Below, piece by piece: positions 1 through 9,839 of a DNA stretch of 64,000 nucleotides. How positions within the stretch are numbered: the first letter of the stretch is position 1; the number at the start of each line of letters is the position of its first letter. This stretch comes from Caldilineae bacterium (GTDB taxonomy: Bacteria > Chloroflexota > Anaerolineae > Epilineales > Epilineaceae): assembly GCA_020634625.1 (NCBI GenBank), contig JACKBJ010000001.1, forward strand, positions 217,276 to 281,275. Direction: 5' to 3'. A program made the position numbers and the translations under genes. The notes under the pieces are model-generated. The model saw only the letters and a program-made list of their open reading frames with translations, had not been told where the DNA came from and did no database searches.

Positions 1-901
1 GGGCTTCCCGCCCGGCACGATCAACGTGATCACCGGCGCCGGAAGCGCGATCGGCGGCTACCTGGCCGCGCATCCGGGCGTGGACAAGGTCAGCTTCACC
101 GGATCGACCGAGGTCGGGCGCCATATCCTGGACGCCGTGCGCCACGACTTCCGGCGGGTCTCGCTCGAGCTGGGCGGAAAGAGCCCGGCGCTGGTCTTCG
201 CCGACGCGGACCTGGACGCCGCCGTGCCCGGAGCCGTCTGGTCGATCTTCTACAGCGCCGGCCAGAGCTGCGAGGCGCGCAGCCGGATCCTGGTCGAGCG
301 ACCGATCTACGACGACTTCGTCAGCCGCTTCGCCGAACAGACGGCCCGCCTGCGGGTCGGCGACCCGCTCAACCCCAAGACCCAGGTCGGCGCGCTGATC
401 TCGGTGGCGCATCGGGCCTCGGTCGAGGCCTATGTCGCCGACGGTCTGGCCGAGGGCGCGACCCTGGCGGTGGGCGGCAAGCGGCCGGACGACCCTGGCC
501 TGGCCTCGGGCGCCTTCCTGATGCCGACGGCGTTGGCCGACTGCAGCAACGGCATGCGGGTGGCGCGTGAGGAGATCTTTGGGCCGGTGGCCTGTATCCT
601 GCCCTTCGAGGGCGAGAAGGAGGCGATCGCGGTCGCCAACGACAGCATCTACGGTCTGGCCGCCAGCCTCTGGACCACCGACGTGGCGCGCGCGCATCGG
701 GTCGCCGGCGCGATCAAGAGCGGCGTGGTGACCATCAACCAGCCCTTTACCGTGTTCCCCGGCACGCCCTTCGGCGGCTTCAAGCAGTCCGGCTGGGGCC
801 GCGAGGTCTCGCTGGACGCGCTTGACGACTTCACCGAGCTCAAGAGCGTGCTGGTCTACGCCGGCGCGCGGCCGATGGACCCCTTCGGCCTCAACGGCTG
901 A
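1..901 (+). CDS. Aldehyde dehydrogenase family protein, C-terminal ~300 aa (5' end outside window)
   Basis: Frame of ORF 26..901 is open to the window edge. ALDH hallmarks FTGSTEVG, ELGGKSP (Glu box), GQSCEA (Cys box) and EEIFGPV. Confidence 0.9.
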   Translation, partial: GFPPGTINVITGAGSAIGGYLAAHPGVDKVSFTGSTEVGRHILDAVRHDFRRVSLELGGKSPALVFADADLDAAVPGAVWSIFYSAGQSCEARSRILVERPIYDDFVSRFAEQTARLRVGDPLNPKTQVGALISVAHRASVEAYVADGLAEGATLAVGGKRPDDPGLASGAFLMPTALADCSNGMRVAREEIFGPVACILPFEGEKEAIAVANDSIYGLAASLWTTDVARAHRVAGAIKSGVVTINQPFTVFPGTPFGGFKQSGWGREVSLDALDDFTELKSVLVYAGARPMDPFGLNG

Positions 902-933
902 CCCACCCGACGCAGCTCGAGGACGTTCACGCG

Positions 934-2463
934 ATGCGCCAGATCGTCGAATGCATCCCCAACTTCTCCGAAGGCCGGCGTCAGCCGGTGGTCGACGCGA
1001 TCGTCGCCGCCGTCCGCGAGGCCGGTGCCACCCTGCTCGACGTCCAGGCCGATGCCGAGCAGAACCGCTCGGTCGTGCGCTTCGCCGGGACCCCCACCGT
1101 GGTCGAGCGCGCCGCGCTCGCCGCGGCGGCCGTGGCCGTCGAGCGCATCGACATGCGCGAGCACGTGGGAGCCCACCCGCGGGTCGGTGCCGTCGACGTG
1201 ATGCCCTTCGTGCCGATCGCCGGCATCGACCTGGATGCCTGCATCGAGATCGCCCAGCGGGTCGGATCGCGACTGGCGCGGGAGCATGGCCTGCCGGTCT
1301 ACCTCTACGGCGAGGCCTCGCGCGATGGCCGCGAGCTCGGTCCACTGCGCGAAGGGCAGTACGAGGGCCTGCACGAGCGGATCGGCAGCGATCCCGAGCG
1401 CGCGCCCGACTTCGGGCCGCGAAGGCTCGGCCCGGCCGGCGCGGCATTGGTGGGCGCTCGACACCCCAAGGTCGTCGTGCTGGCCGACCTGGCGCAGGCC
1501 GACGCGGAGCGGGCCGAGCAGCTGGCGCGCTGCCTGGACGCCGCCAGCGGCGGGTTGGCGCATCTGGAGGCACGCGCGATCGGCGTGGCGGGCGAGGGCC
1601 TTGGCCTCGCGCTGACGCTGACGCGGATCGACCTCTGTCCGCTGCATCGGGTGGCGCGGCTGCTCGAAGCCGAGGCGGACGCGCTCGGCGTCACGGTGAG
1701 CGGGCTCCGTCCGGTCGGCCCGGTGCCGCAGCGGCTGCTCGAGGATGCCGCCGGCTGGCATCTCAAGCTGCGCGGCTGGCGTGCCGAGCAGGTCATCGAG
1801 TCGCGCGTGGCGGCCGAGGAGGGCGGCGAGGCCGCGCTGCGCGCGCCGCGCGCCTTCGTCGAGTCGGTCGCCGCCGCCAGCGCGACGCCGGGCGGCGGGA
1901 CGGTGGCCGCGCTGGCCGGCGCCCTCGGCGCCGCCCTGGCCGGCATGGTCGCGCAGCTGACGGCCGGCCGGCCGAAGTACGCCGAGGTGGACGCGAGCAT
2001 GCAGGCGGTGGCCGGCGAAGCCGAGGCGCTGCGCGACCGCCTGCTCGAGCTGATGGATGCGGACGCCGACGCCTTCGAGACCGTCATGCAAGCCTATCGG
2101 CTGCCCCGCGAACGGGGCGAGGAGGCCGAGGCACGCCGCGAGGCGATTCAAGCCGCGTTGCGCGGCGCCACCGCGGTGCCCTTGGAGGTCATGCGGGGCG
2201 CTTGCCAGGTGCTAGGACTGGCGGAGCAGGTGGCGGCCGACGGCAATGCCAGCGCCGTCAGCGACGCCGGCGTCGCCGGCCTGATGGCGCAAGCGTCCGC
2301 CCGTGCGGCAGCCCTCAACGTCGAGATCAACGTCATGGGCCTGCGCGACCTCGAGGAAGGCGATCGGCTGCGCGCCGAGTGCGCGGCGCTCCTGCAACGC
2401 GCCGACCAGCTGGCCGGCGCGATCGACCGCCTGGTGCGTGCGCGCATCAACCGGAACCCTTGA
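934..2463 (+). CDS. ftcD: Bifunctional glutamate formimidoyltransferase / formimidoyl-tetrahydrofolate cyclodeaminase
   Basis: 509 aa. N-terminal CIPNFSEGR and HPRVGAVDV motifs of the formimidoyltransferase. C-terminal ~190 aa helical domain with TPGGGTVAALAGALGAAL, typical of the cyclodeaminase. Confidence 0.85.
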   Translation: MRQIVECIPNFSEGRRQPVVDAIVAAVREAGATLLDVQADAEQNRSVVRFAGTPTVVERAALAAAAVAVERIDMREHVGAHPRVGAVDVMPFVPIAGIDLDACIEIAQRVGSRLAREHGLPVYLYGEASRDGRELGPLREGQYEGLHERIGSDPERAPDFGPRRLGPAGAALVGARHPKVVVLADLAQADAERAEQLARCLDAASGGLAHLEARAIGVAGEGLGLALTLTRIDLCPLHRVARLLEAEADALGVTVSGLRPVGPVPQRLLEDAAGWHLKLRGWRAEQVIESRVAAEEGGEAALRAPRAFVESVAAASATPGGGTVAALAGALGAALAGMVAQLTAGRPKYAEVDASMQAVAGEAEALRDRLLELMDADADAFETVMQAYRLPRERGEEAEARREAIQAALRGATAVPLEVMRGACQVLGLAEQVAADGNASAVSDAGVAGLMAQASARAAALNVEINVMGLRDLEEGDRLRAECAALLQRADQLAGAIDRLVRARINRNP

Positions 2464-2470
2464 GGCAGCC

Positions 2471-3064
2471 ATGAGCACCTCCCCCTCGATCCCGGGTCCG
2501 GACGCCGAGGGCCTGCCTCCGGTCGAAGCGGCTCGGCTCGCACGCGAGCGGTCTCGGATCGGCCAGGAGAAGCTGGAGCGGCGCAAGCAGCTCCAACGTC
2601 AGGCCAGCTTTCAGCTGATCGCCGCCGGCCTCATCTTCGCCGGGCTGACCATCCTGGCCGCCTGGCTGATCGTGGTGCCCAGGGGCAAGCTCACCGCCAA
2701 GGCGGTGCAGCCGGTGCTGGAAGCCTACCTGACCGCGGGTGCGAACAATGCCCCGTTCGCCGCCCATCGCCTGTATTCGCGGGCCGGCCTGGCCGCCATC
2801 AGCCCGGAGGACGTGATGCGCGCCTTCGAGGATCGCGCCGCCTTCGACGGCTATGCCGCCTTGACCCTGACCGGCTTCGAGGTCGTCCCGCTGCCGGCCG
2901 GAGAGGTCGACTATCAGGCCAACGTCACCGGCACGGTGACCTATGCGGGCCGCGACGCGCGGGGCAAGCTCGTCGCGCAGCTCGAGCTCGAGGGCGACAC
3001 CTGGCGGATCCGCGACATCTTCGTGTACGGGACCGCGGCCGATGCCGGGTCGGTGGCGCCATGA
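2471..3064 (+). CDS. Hypothetical single-pass membrane protein
   Basis: ATG 2471 (in frame within ORF 2303..3064), 8 nt after the ftcD stop. One hydrophobic helix, FQLIAAGLIFAGLTILAAWLIVV. GC-rich third codon positions. Stop overlaps the next start (ATGA). No family recognised. Confidence 0.6.
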   Translation: MSTSPSIPGPDAEGLPPVEAARLARERSRIGQEKLERRKQLQRQASFQLIAAGLIFAGLTILAAWLIVVPRGKLTAKAVQPVLEAYLTAGANNAPFAAHRLYSRAGLAAISPEDVMRAFEDRAAFDGYAALTLTGFEVVPLPAGEVDYQANVTGTVTYAGRDARGKLVAQLELEGDTWRIRDIFVYGTAADAGSVAP

Positions 3065-3447
3065 GCCCGCATTCGCTGGTCGGCGGCTTGCCCGAAGGCA
3101 TCGATCCCGGGCTCAACCTCTACATCCTGGGGGTCGGCGGCCCCGAGGACGCGGCGGGAATCGGTCGGACCGAGCGCTTCGTCTGGCGCTTCTGCGTGCT
3201 CGAAGAGCCGGATGGGCCGCCGGTGGCCATCGCATTCAGAAGCATGCCGGCGCTGATGCGATTCACCCGCGCGGTCAACGGCCGCCAGCCCTTCAGCGTG
3301 CCGACCGAAGCGCATCGCGTGCCGGCCCGGCGCCTGGTTGCCGGCGCGCCGGCAGCGCTGCTGCTCGACCCCAGCCCCGAGGCCTTCGAAGGCTTCTGCG
3401 CCGGCCGCGGCCTGGTGGAACGCCAGATTCCGGAGCTGGCGCGATGA
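3061..3447 (+). CDS. Hypothetical protein (128 aa)
   Basis: ATGA overlap with the upstream gene. Consistently GC-rich third positions up to its stop. No family recognised. Confidence 0.55.
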   Translation: MSPHSLVGGLPEGIDPGLNLYILGVGGPEDAAGIGRTERFVWRFCVLEEPDGPPVAIAFRSMPALMRFTRAVNGRQPFSVPTEAHRVPARRLVAGAPAALLLDPSPEAFEGFCAGRGLVERQIPELAR

Positions 3448-3499
3448 TCGGCATCCCGACTCGGGAGCCCGGGCGGTCCGCTGCCGGGCAGCCGTCGCC

Positions 3500-4582
3500 G
3501 TGAGCGTCCAGAAGTCCTCCGGCGACGCGGCCGACGCCCTGGCCGCTGGCGATCGGGTCGAGGCTGCGGGCCGGCGACCGCGACACGCCCGCCAGCGCCG
3601 CTTCCCCGCGGTGGGCGATGCCGGCCAGGCGCGGCTCGCGGCCGCTCGGGTCCTGATCGTGGGGCTCGGCGCGACCGGCGGCGCCGTGGCGGACCTGCTC
3701 GCGCGCGCCGGGATCGGCTTGACGCTGGTGGATCGTGATTATGTCGAGATCACCAATCTACAGCGTCAGACCCTCTTCGCGATGGCCGACCTCGACCAGC
3801 CCAAGGCCGAGGCGGCGCGCCGGCGGCTCGCCGCGATCGATCCGGAGCTGCCGCTCGAGGTCCGCATCGCCGACCTGCATGCCGGCAACGCGGTGGCCCT
3901 GGGCCGGGGGCACGACCTGATCGTCGACGGAACCGACAACTTCGCTGCCCGCTTCGTCATCAACGACGCGGCGCTGTCCCTCGGCATCCCTTGGGTCTAC
4001 TGCGGCGCGGTCGGAGCCAGCGGCGCGGCGATGGCGTTCGGCGCCCAGGGACGGCCCTGCCTGCGCTGCCTGCATCCGGACCCGCCGGAGCCGGGAAGCC
4101 ACGATACCTGCGAGACGGCCGGCGTCCTGCAGCCGGCGGTGGCGATGGTGGCCGGTCTGGCGGCGATGGAGGCGCTGCGCATCCTGCTGGGTGAAGCCCT
4201 GCCGCCGGCGGCGCTTCAGTACGTCGACGCCTGGGCGCGCGCCTATCCGCGGCTGGCGGTCGCCGCGCGAGCCGACTGCCCCAGCTGCGCCCTCGGCCTT
4301 CTGCCAGCCTTGCAGCCAGAGGGTGAAGGCGACGCGTTGGCGACGGTCCTCTGTGGCCGCGATGCCGTCCAGGTCCGCCCGCCGAGCGCCGCGCTGGACC
4401 TGGCGGCCCTCGCGGAGCGTTTGGAGCCCGCCTGCGAGGTCGAGCTGGCCAACGGCTTCATCGTGCGCTTCCGGGCCGACGGCCTGGTCACGACGGTCTT
4501 CGCGGATGGCCGCGCGATCATTCAGGGCCTCGACGACGGCGGTCGGGCACGGGGACACTACGCTCGCTGGATCGGCCTCTAG
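3500..4582 (+). CDS. ThiF/MoeB/HesA-family E1-like adenylyltransferase
   Basis: GTG 3500 in frame within ORF 3338..4582; the part upstream of 3447 overlaps the well-coded end of 3061..3447. Rossmann GLGATGG, DRDYVEITNLQRQ, two CxxC pairs (CLRC, CPSC) and a TCETAGVL active-site region. C-terminal ~95-aa extension as recalled for Bacillus-type ThiF. Start uncertain. Confidence 0.8.
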   Translation: MSVQKSSGDAADALAAGDRVEAAGRRPRHARQRRFPAVGDAGQARLAAARVLIVGLGATGGAVADLLARAGIGLTLVDRDYVEITNLQRQTLFAMADLDQPKAEAARRRLAAIDPELPLEVRIADLHAGNAVALGRGHDLIVDGTDNFAARFVINDAALSLGIPWVYCGAVGASGAAMAFGAQGRPCLRCLHPDPPEPGSHDTCETAGVLQPAVAMVAGLAAMEALRILLGEALPPAALQYVDAWARAYPRLAVAARADCPSCALGLLPALQPEGEGDALATVLCGRDAVQVRPPSAALDLAALAERLEPACEVELANGFIVRFRADGLVTTVFADGRAIIQGLDDGGRARGHYARWIGL

Positions 4583-4716
4583 CGCCGCTGGGGAAGCCGT
4601 TCCGCTACGAACCTGGCGCATCGCAGGCGGCTGGGTTCCGGCGCGCCCGCGTGATGCCCTGGCCAGCCGCTATCATAGAGACTCGACCCAGCCTCAGCGC
4701 CGAGCCAGGAGACCCG

Positions 4717-5505
4717 ATGCACGACGACCACCCGGCGATCGAGATCCAAGCCCTGGTCAAGCGCTTCGGCGACTTCACCGCGGTCGACCAGCTCAGCCTC
4801 CGCGTGTCGCGCGGCCAGCTCTTCGGGTTTCTGGGTCCCAATGGCGCCGGCAAGACCACCACGCTCAAGATGCTGACCGGGCTGATGCAGCCCAGCGCCG
4901 GGCGCGCCCGGGTCGCGGGCCACGATGTGGTGGCCGAACCGCTGCAGGTCAAGTCCCGCATCGGCGTCGTGCCCGAATCGCTCGGCCTCTACGAACGGCT
5001 GAGCCCGCGCGAGCACCTCGAGCTGACCGGTCGCCTGCACGGGCTCGACGCCGGAACGATCGCCCGACGCAGCGGCCGGCTGCTCGAGCATCTTGGGCTG
5101 ACCGAGCGCGCCGACAGCCTGGTGGTGGACTTCTCGACCGGCATGAAGAAGAAGACCGCGCTCGCCGCCGCGCTGCTGCCCGGGCCAGAGGTGTTGTTCC
5201 TGGACGAGCCCTTCGAAGGCGTCGACGTGGTGTCGTCGCGGGTCATCAAGGACATGTTGCGGGCACTGGTGGACCAGCGCGGCGTGACGGTCTTCTTCTC
5301 GACCCACATCATGGAGCTGGTCGAGCGGCTCTGCGACGAGGTGGCGGTGATCCACCAGGGACGGCTGATCGCGCAGGGCGATCTGGCCGATCTGCGGCGC
5401 GCCACCGAGACCGGTGCCGAAGCATCGCTCGAGGAGGTGTTCCTGAGCCTGGTCGATGCCCGGCCGACCGGCGTCGACCGCCTCGACTGGCTCGAAACGC
5501 CGTGA
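4717..5505 (+). CDS. ABC transporter ATP-binding protein (ABC-2/DrrA-like)
   Basis: ATG 4717. Walker A GPNGAGKTT, signature-like STGMKKK, Walker B VLFLDEPFEGVD. Stop overlaps the next start (GTGA). Confidence 0.9.
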   Translation: MHDDHPAIEIQALVKRFGDFTAVDQLSLRVSRGQLFGFLGPNGAGKTTTLKMLTGLMQPSAGRARVAGHDVVAEPLQVKSRIGVVPESLGLYERLSPREHLELTGRLHGLDAGTIARRSGRLLEHLGLTERADSLVVDFSTGMKKKTALAAALLPGPEVLFLDEPFEGVDVVSSRVIKDMLRALVDQRGVTVFFSTHIMELVERLCDEVAVIHQGRLIAQGDLADLRRATETGAEASLEEVFLSLVDARPTGVDRLDWLETP

Positions 5506-7169
5506 CGCGCTCCACGCCGATCGAGCATCGCTGGCCGCGACCCTTGCGGAGCGAGCTGGCGGACCTGTTCTGGCTGCAAAGGCGGCTCCTGGCCGCCTCG
5601 TTGCGTCGCGGCGACAGCCGGTCGCGGGCGCGGGTCTTGACGGTCCTGATCCTGCTGATCAGCTTCCTACCCAGTGCCGCCATGCTCTCGATCGGCCTGC
5701 TGATCACGCTGCGTGGCACCGAGCCGCAGCTATCCGCCCGGGTCGTGTCGGTCGGTTTCGGATTCCTGTTTCTGATCTGGGCGGCCGCGCCGCTCACGGC
5801 CCAGCCCCTGCTCGAGGGTCTGAACCTGCCGCGCCTGCTGACGCAGCCGATCAGCCTGCGGGGTCTGGCGCTCGGCAGCCTGGTCGGCAGCGCCTTCGGG
5901 CTCCTGGGGCTGATCAGCCTGCCCTTCATGGCCTCCGCGGTGGCCGGCGCCGCGCGCGGTCCCGTCTCGGGGCTAGCGGCGATCGCGGCATCCGGGCTGC
6001 TGCTTGCCCTGATGGTAGTCGTGAAGTCGGTGTCGACCCTGCTCTTCGACCTGCTCGCCGAGGACCGACGCTTGCGAGGGCTCGTCTCCGCGCTGACCGT
6101 CGGCCTGCCGCTTCTGGTATACCTCGAACAGGCCGGCCTCACCCGTCCGGGCGTCGAAGGCATGCCCTTCTTCGCGGCGGAGGCTCTGACCACCCGCCTT
6201 GCGACCTGGCTGCCGGGAGGCTGGTACGCCCGCGCGCTGCGGGCGGGGATCGAGGCCGATCCAGGGTCCTGGACACGGTCGTTGCTGCCCTTTGGTGTCG
6301 CCCTGCCGGCCGGTCTGATCGTACACCAGTGGTTGTTGTGGCGGCTGCACCAGGGCGAGCTGCCCCAGTCCCGGGCGCGGGCCAACCGGTCACCGGTCGA
6401 CGACCGGTCCAGCCTCGTGTCGGGGCGTCTCGACGGCGCACGCTGGCGGGTGCTCCGCGGGCTGCTGCGCAAGGACATCCTGTCGACGCGACGAAGCCCG
6501 CTGAGCCTGCGCCTGGCCTTTCTGCCACCGCTCTTCGCGGTGCTGGGCTTCTTCGTGTCGCGCAGCGGAGAGATGCCGACCACGCCGGCGATCCTGGGCC
6601 TTGGCGTCGGCGGCTTCTGCGCCTTCACCGTGGCATCGATCGGCACCAACAGCTTCGGCCTGATCGATCACCTGGGCGTGGCGAGCCTGTTGCTCTCCCC
6701 GGCTCCGCGCCGCAGCATCCTGCTCTCGCACGGCATCGTGCTCCTGGCGCTGGCCCTGGCGCTGGCGGTCTTCGGCGGCGCCGGCACGGCGCTCGGCACG
6801 GGCGACCCGAAGGCCCTGGTCGCAGCCCTGGCCGCCGCCCTGGGCGTGGGTCTGGTCCTGACCGGCATCGCGCATGTGGCCAGCGTGCTCTTCCCGGTGT
6901 ACATGGACCTCGAGCGGGGCCAGAACCAGGCCAACCAACGCAGCTTCGCGGCCAGCTTCCTGATGCTGCTCGGCGGTCCGGTCGCCCTGGCCGCGCCGAT
7001 CGGGCTGCCGCTCGCGACGGTCTTCCTGGCGCCGGCCTGGCTTCCGGGCGCGCTCGCCGCAGCGGCGCTGTACTGCCTGGTCGCCTATGGCCTGCTGCTC
7101 GAGCTGGCCACTCGCCTCCTTCCGGCGCGCGAGGAGCGAATCCTCCGCATCATCGTCGAGGATCGATGA
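5502..7169 (+). CDS. Polytopic membrane protein, putative permease partner of the ABC ATPase
   Basis: GTG 5502 overlaps the ATPase stop. 555 aa with roughly 10-12 hydrophobic helices. No family recognised. The first 1.3 kb of track ORF 4191..7169 is a spurious extension. Confidence 0.65.
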   Translation: MTRSTPIEHRWPRPLRSELADLFWLQRRLLAASLRRGDSRSRARVLTVLILLISFLPSAAMLSIGLLITLRGTEPQLSARVVSVGFGFLFLIWAAAPLTAQPLLEGLNLPRLLTQPISLRGLALGSLVGSAFGLLGLISLPFMASAVAGAARGPVSGLAAIAASGLLLALMVVVKSVSTLLFDLLAEDRRLRGLVSALTVGLPLLVYLEQAGLTRPGVEGMPFFAAEALTTRLATWLPGGWYARALRAGIEADPGSWTRSLLPFGVALPAGLIVHQWLLWRLHQGELPQSRARANRSPVDDRSSLVSGRLDGARWRVLRGLLRKDILSTRRSPLSLRLAFLPPLFAVLGFFVSRSGEMPTTPAILGLGVGGFCAFTVASIGTNSFGLIDHLGVASLLLSPAPRRSILLSHGIVLLALALALAVFGGAGTALGTGDPKALVAALAAALGVGLVLTGIAHVASVLFPVYMDLERGQNQANQRSFAASFLMLLGGPVALAAPIGLPLATVFLAPAWLPGALAAAALYCLVAYGLLLELATRLLPAREERILRIIVEDR

Positions 7170-8578
7170 GCCCCGAGGACCGCGCGGGACTGCCGGCTCG
7201 CCAGGCGGCCCTGGCCGCCCTGCTGCGGATCGAGCAGTCCGGCGCCTGGGTCACGCGGCTCGATCCGAGCGCCGCGGGCGCGCTGGACCCGCGTCAGCGA
7301 CGCCAGGCGACGGACTACGTGGCCGGGATCACGCGCCAGCACCGCTGGTTCGACTTTCTGATCGGCTGCTTCTACCACGGCCAGGCGCAGGACCTCGAGC
7401 CCGAAGTGCGCCAGGTCCTGCGCCTGGCGCTCTACGATCTGCTCATCGCGGGACGCCCGGCGCATGCCGCGGTCAGCCAGGCGGTCGAGCTGGTGCGCCT
7501 GTCCCGACCGCGGGCAGCCGGCCTGGTCAACGCCATCCTGCGCGCCACCCTGCGCGCTCTGGCCGATGGGCTTCCCGAACCCGGCTCGGGCGACCTGGCG
7601 GCCGATCTGGCCATTCGACAATCGCACCCCGACTGGCTGGTCCGTCGCTGGCTGGCGCGCTTTGGCGAGCTCGAGACGCGGGCCCTGTTGGACTGGAACA
7701 ACGCCCGCCCGCTCCAGACGCTCCGCGTGAACCCCTTGCGCGCCGACCGGGACATGATCGGCGCCGAGCTGGATCGCCTCGGGCTGCCCTGGCAGCCTGG
7801 GCGCTGGCTGGACGACGCCTTGCGGCTGCGGCGACTCCAGGGCGCCCTGGCCAGCGGGCTGGTCTCCCGCGGCTGGTGCGCGGTTCAGGACGAGGCGGCC
7901 GCCCTGGTGGTGCGCGTCCTCGACCCGCAGCCCGGCGAGCGGATCATCGACGGTTGCGCCGCACCGGGCGGCAAGGCTCTGTACGCTGCCGGCCTGATGG
8001 GCGATCGTGGCACGGTGCTGGCCGTCGACCGGCACCCCAAGCGCCTGGCCCTGCTCGAGGCCGCCGCCGAACGCCAAGGCATCCATTGCGTCCGTACCTG
8101 GGCCGGCGACCTGCGCGCCCTCTCGACGGCGCGGGATGCCGACGGCCGACCGCTGGACGAGCCCGCGGATCGGGTGCTGCTCGACGCACCCTGCTCGGGC
8201 ACCGGGGTGCTGGCCAAGCGGGCCGACCTGCGCTGGCAGCGCAGCCCGGAGAGCCTCGCGCAGCTAACCGCGCTGCAGGATTCGCTCCTCGACGCGGCCG
8301 CCGAGCGGCTGCGCCCGGGTGGTCTGTTGGTCTACGCCACCTGCAGCCTCGAGCCCGAGGAGAACGGGCACCGGGTCGCCGCCTTCCTCGAGCGACGCCG
8401 CGACTTCCGGCTCGAGCCGCTCGGCGCTCTGCTATCATTCGAGCTTCAGGATGCTGCCGGATGCTTCGAATCGCTCCCCCAACGGCAGGGCATGGACGGT
8501 GCCTTCGCGGCCCGTCTGAGGCGCTCCGATGCACCGCCCGCCGCCCTTCTCACCGCCAACCCAAAGGACCCGACCTGA
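7166..8578 (+). CDS. rsmB: 16S rRNA (cytosine967-C5)-methyltransferase
   Basis: ATG 7166 overlaps the permease stop (ATGA). NusB-like N-terminus, SAM site CAAPGGK, and catalytic Cys motifs DAPCSGTG and YATCSL. Confidence 0.9.
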   Translation: MSPEDRAGLPARQAALAALLRIEQSGAWVTRLDPSAAGALDPRQRRQATDYVAGITRQHRWFDFLIGCFYHGQAQDLEPEVRQVLRLALYDLLIAGRPAHAAVSQAVELVRLSRPRAAGLVNAILRATLRALADGLPEPGSGDLAADLAIRQSHPDWLVRRWLARFGELETRALLDWNNARPLQTLRVNPLRADRDMIGAELDRLGLPWQPGRWLDDALRLRRLQGALASGLVSRGWCAVQDEAAALVVRVLDPQPGERIIDGCAAPGGKALYAAGLMGDRGTVLAVDRHPKRLALLEAAAERQGIHCVRTWAGDLRALSTARDADGRPLDEPADRVLLDAPCSGTGVLAKRADLRWQRSPESLAQLTALQDSLLDAAAERLRPGGLLVYATCSLEPEENGHRVAAFLERRRDFRLEPLGALLSFELQDAAGCFESLPQRQGMDGAFAARLRRSDAPPAALLTANPKDPT

Positions 8579-9051
8579 TGCAATACGCTTCCGCGCCCGA
8601 CATGACCATCGACCCGAAGGCCAGCTACACCGCCAAGCTGGTGACGAACAAGGGTGACATCGAGATCGAGCTCCACGCCGGCCAGGCCCCGCGCACGGTG
8701 AACAACTTCGTCTTTCTGGCTCGCGAAGGCTACTACGACGGGGTCAGCTTTCACCGCGTCATCGCCGACTTCATGGTACAGACCGGCGACCCGACCGGAA
8801 CCGGCCGCGGCGGCCCCGGCTACACCTTCGCCGATGAGATCGCTCGCGAGCTGCGCCACGATGGTCCCGGCGTGCTGAGCATGGCCAACGCTGGCCCCAA
8901 CACCAACGGCAGCCAGTTCTTCATCACGCACGTGGCGACGCCTTGGCTCGACGGCAAGCACGCCGTGTTCGGTCGCGTGTCCAAGGGCATGGACGTGGTC
9001 AACGCGATCGCGCAGGGTGACCGGATCGAGCGGATCGAGGTCCTCGGCTAG
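8578..9051 (+). CDS. ppiB: Peptidyl-prolyl cis-trans isomerase, cyclophilin type
   Basis: ATG 8578 shares one base with the rsmB stop. Cyclophilin motifs [15 protein letters not shown] and [12 protein letters not shown]. No signal peptide. Confidence 0.95.
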   Translation: MQYASAPDMTIDPKASYTAKLVTNKGDIEIELHAGQAPRTVNNFVFLAREGYYDGVSFHRVIADFMVQTGDPTGTGRGGPGYTFADEIARELRHDGPGVLSMANAGPNTNGSQFFITHVATPWLDGKHAVFGRVSKGMDVVNAIAQGDRIERIEVLG

Positions 9052-9131
9052 CCGTTCGGTCCGGCGCGTCCGCGACCCTCGCCCTGCTGGCCGGCCCTTC
9101 GGACCGATGCGCCCTGGCGAGGCGGTCGGCG

Positions 9132-9839
9132 CTAGCGGTCCTCGACGAGTCGACCCGCCTCGAGCCGTAGCCGACGCGGGCATAGCGCGTCGGCCTCGTC
9201 GCGATCGTGCGTCACGAGGATCACGCCCAGCTCGGCAAGGGTCGCGGCCCGGTCGATGACCGACCGCAGCCGTTCGGCGAGCGGCGGATCCAGGTTGACC
9301 AGCGGCTCGTCGAGGAGCAGCCAGCGCGGCTCGGTGGCCAAGGCGCGTGCGAGGCCAACCCGTCGCTGCTCGCCACCCGAGAGCTGGTCGGGATAGCGCG
9401 CTTCCAGGCCTCCGAGCTCGCAGGCGGCCAGGGCCGCGGCAACGCGACCCTCGCGCTCGGCGCGCGGCAGGCGCCCCGCGGCGAACCGCAGGTGCTGGCT
9501 GACGCTCATGTGCGGCCAGAGGGCACCCGACTGGAACACCAGGCCCATGCGGCGCCGGTGCGGCGGTATTCGGATCCGACCGGCCTCGCTGGCCAGCCGC
9601 GCGTCGATGCGGATGCTGCCCGTGTCTGGCGCCTCCAGCCCGGCGATGAGCCGCAGCAAGGTCGTCTTGCCGGCACCGCTGGGCCCGACGATCGCCAACC
9701 GTTCGCCCGCGGCCAGGCTCAGGTCGAGATCGCTCAAGATCGGACGACCCGCTCGAGCCAGGCTCACGCCGATCAGCTCGATGGCCTTGGGCGCACGATC
9801 GTCGATCGCCGAGCCCGCCTCCCCGGGTAGCGCGTTCAC
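9132..9839 (-). CDS. ABC importer ATP-binding protein (iron(III)/spermidine-type, short form)
   Basis: GTG at 9839 overlaps the permease stop (GTGA). Walker A GPSGAGKTT, LSGGEQRR, Walker B LLLDEPLVNLD. 235 aa. Confidence 0.85.
   Translation of the reverse strand: MNALPGEAGSAIDDRAPKAIELIGVSLARAGRPILSDLDLSLAAGERLAIVGPSGAGKTTLLRLIAGLEAPDTGSIRIDARLASEAGRIRIPPHRRRMGLVFQSGALWPHMSVSQHLRFAAGRLPRAEREGRVAAALAACELGGLEARYPDQLSGGEQRRVGLARALATEPRWLLLDEPLVNLDPPLAERLRSVIDRAATLAELGVILVTHDRDEADALCPRRLRLEAGRLVEDR

Noticed and set aside
822-2474. ORFs 822..2474 (+) and 856..2151 (-) overlapping ftcD
   Set aside because: They are alternative-frame and antisense shadows of the clearly homologous ftcD frame.
3061-3447. 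128-aa protein as a ThiS/MoaD/ubiquitin-like partner of the E1-like enzyme
   Set aside because: It ends in ...IPELAR rather than Gly-Gly, is too long for ThiS/MoaD, and shows no beta-grasp signature that I can see. It was left as hypothetical.
4191-8577. Long 5' extensions of track ORFs 4191..7169, 5456..8578 and 7087..9051
   Set aside because: The extensions overlap well-supported upstream genes in other frames and are Arg/Pro/Ala-rich. Internal starts at 5502, 7166 and 8578 coincide with stop-start overlaps and with the onset of recognisable domains.
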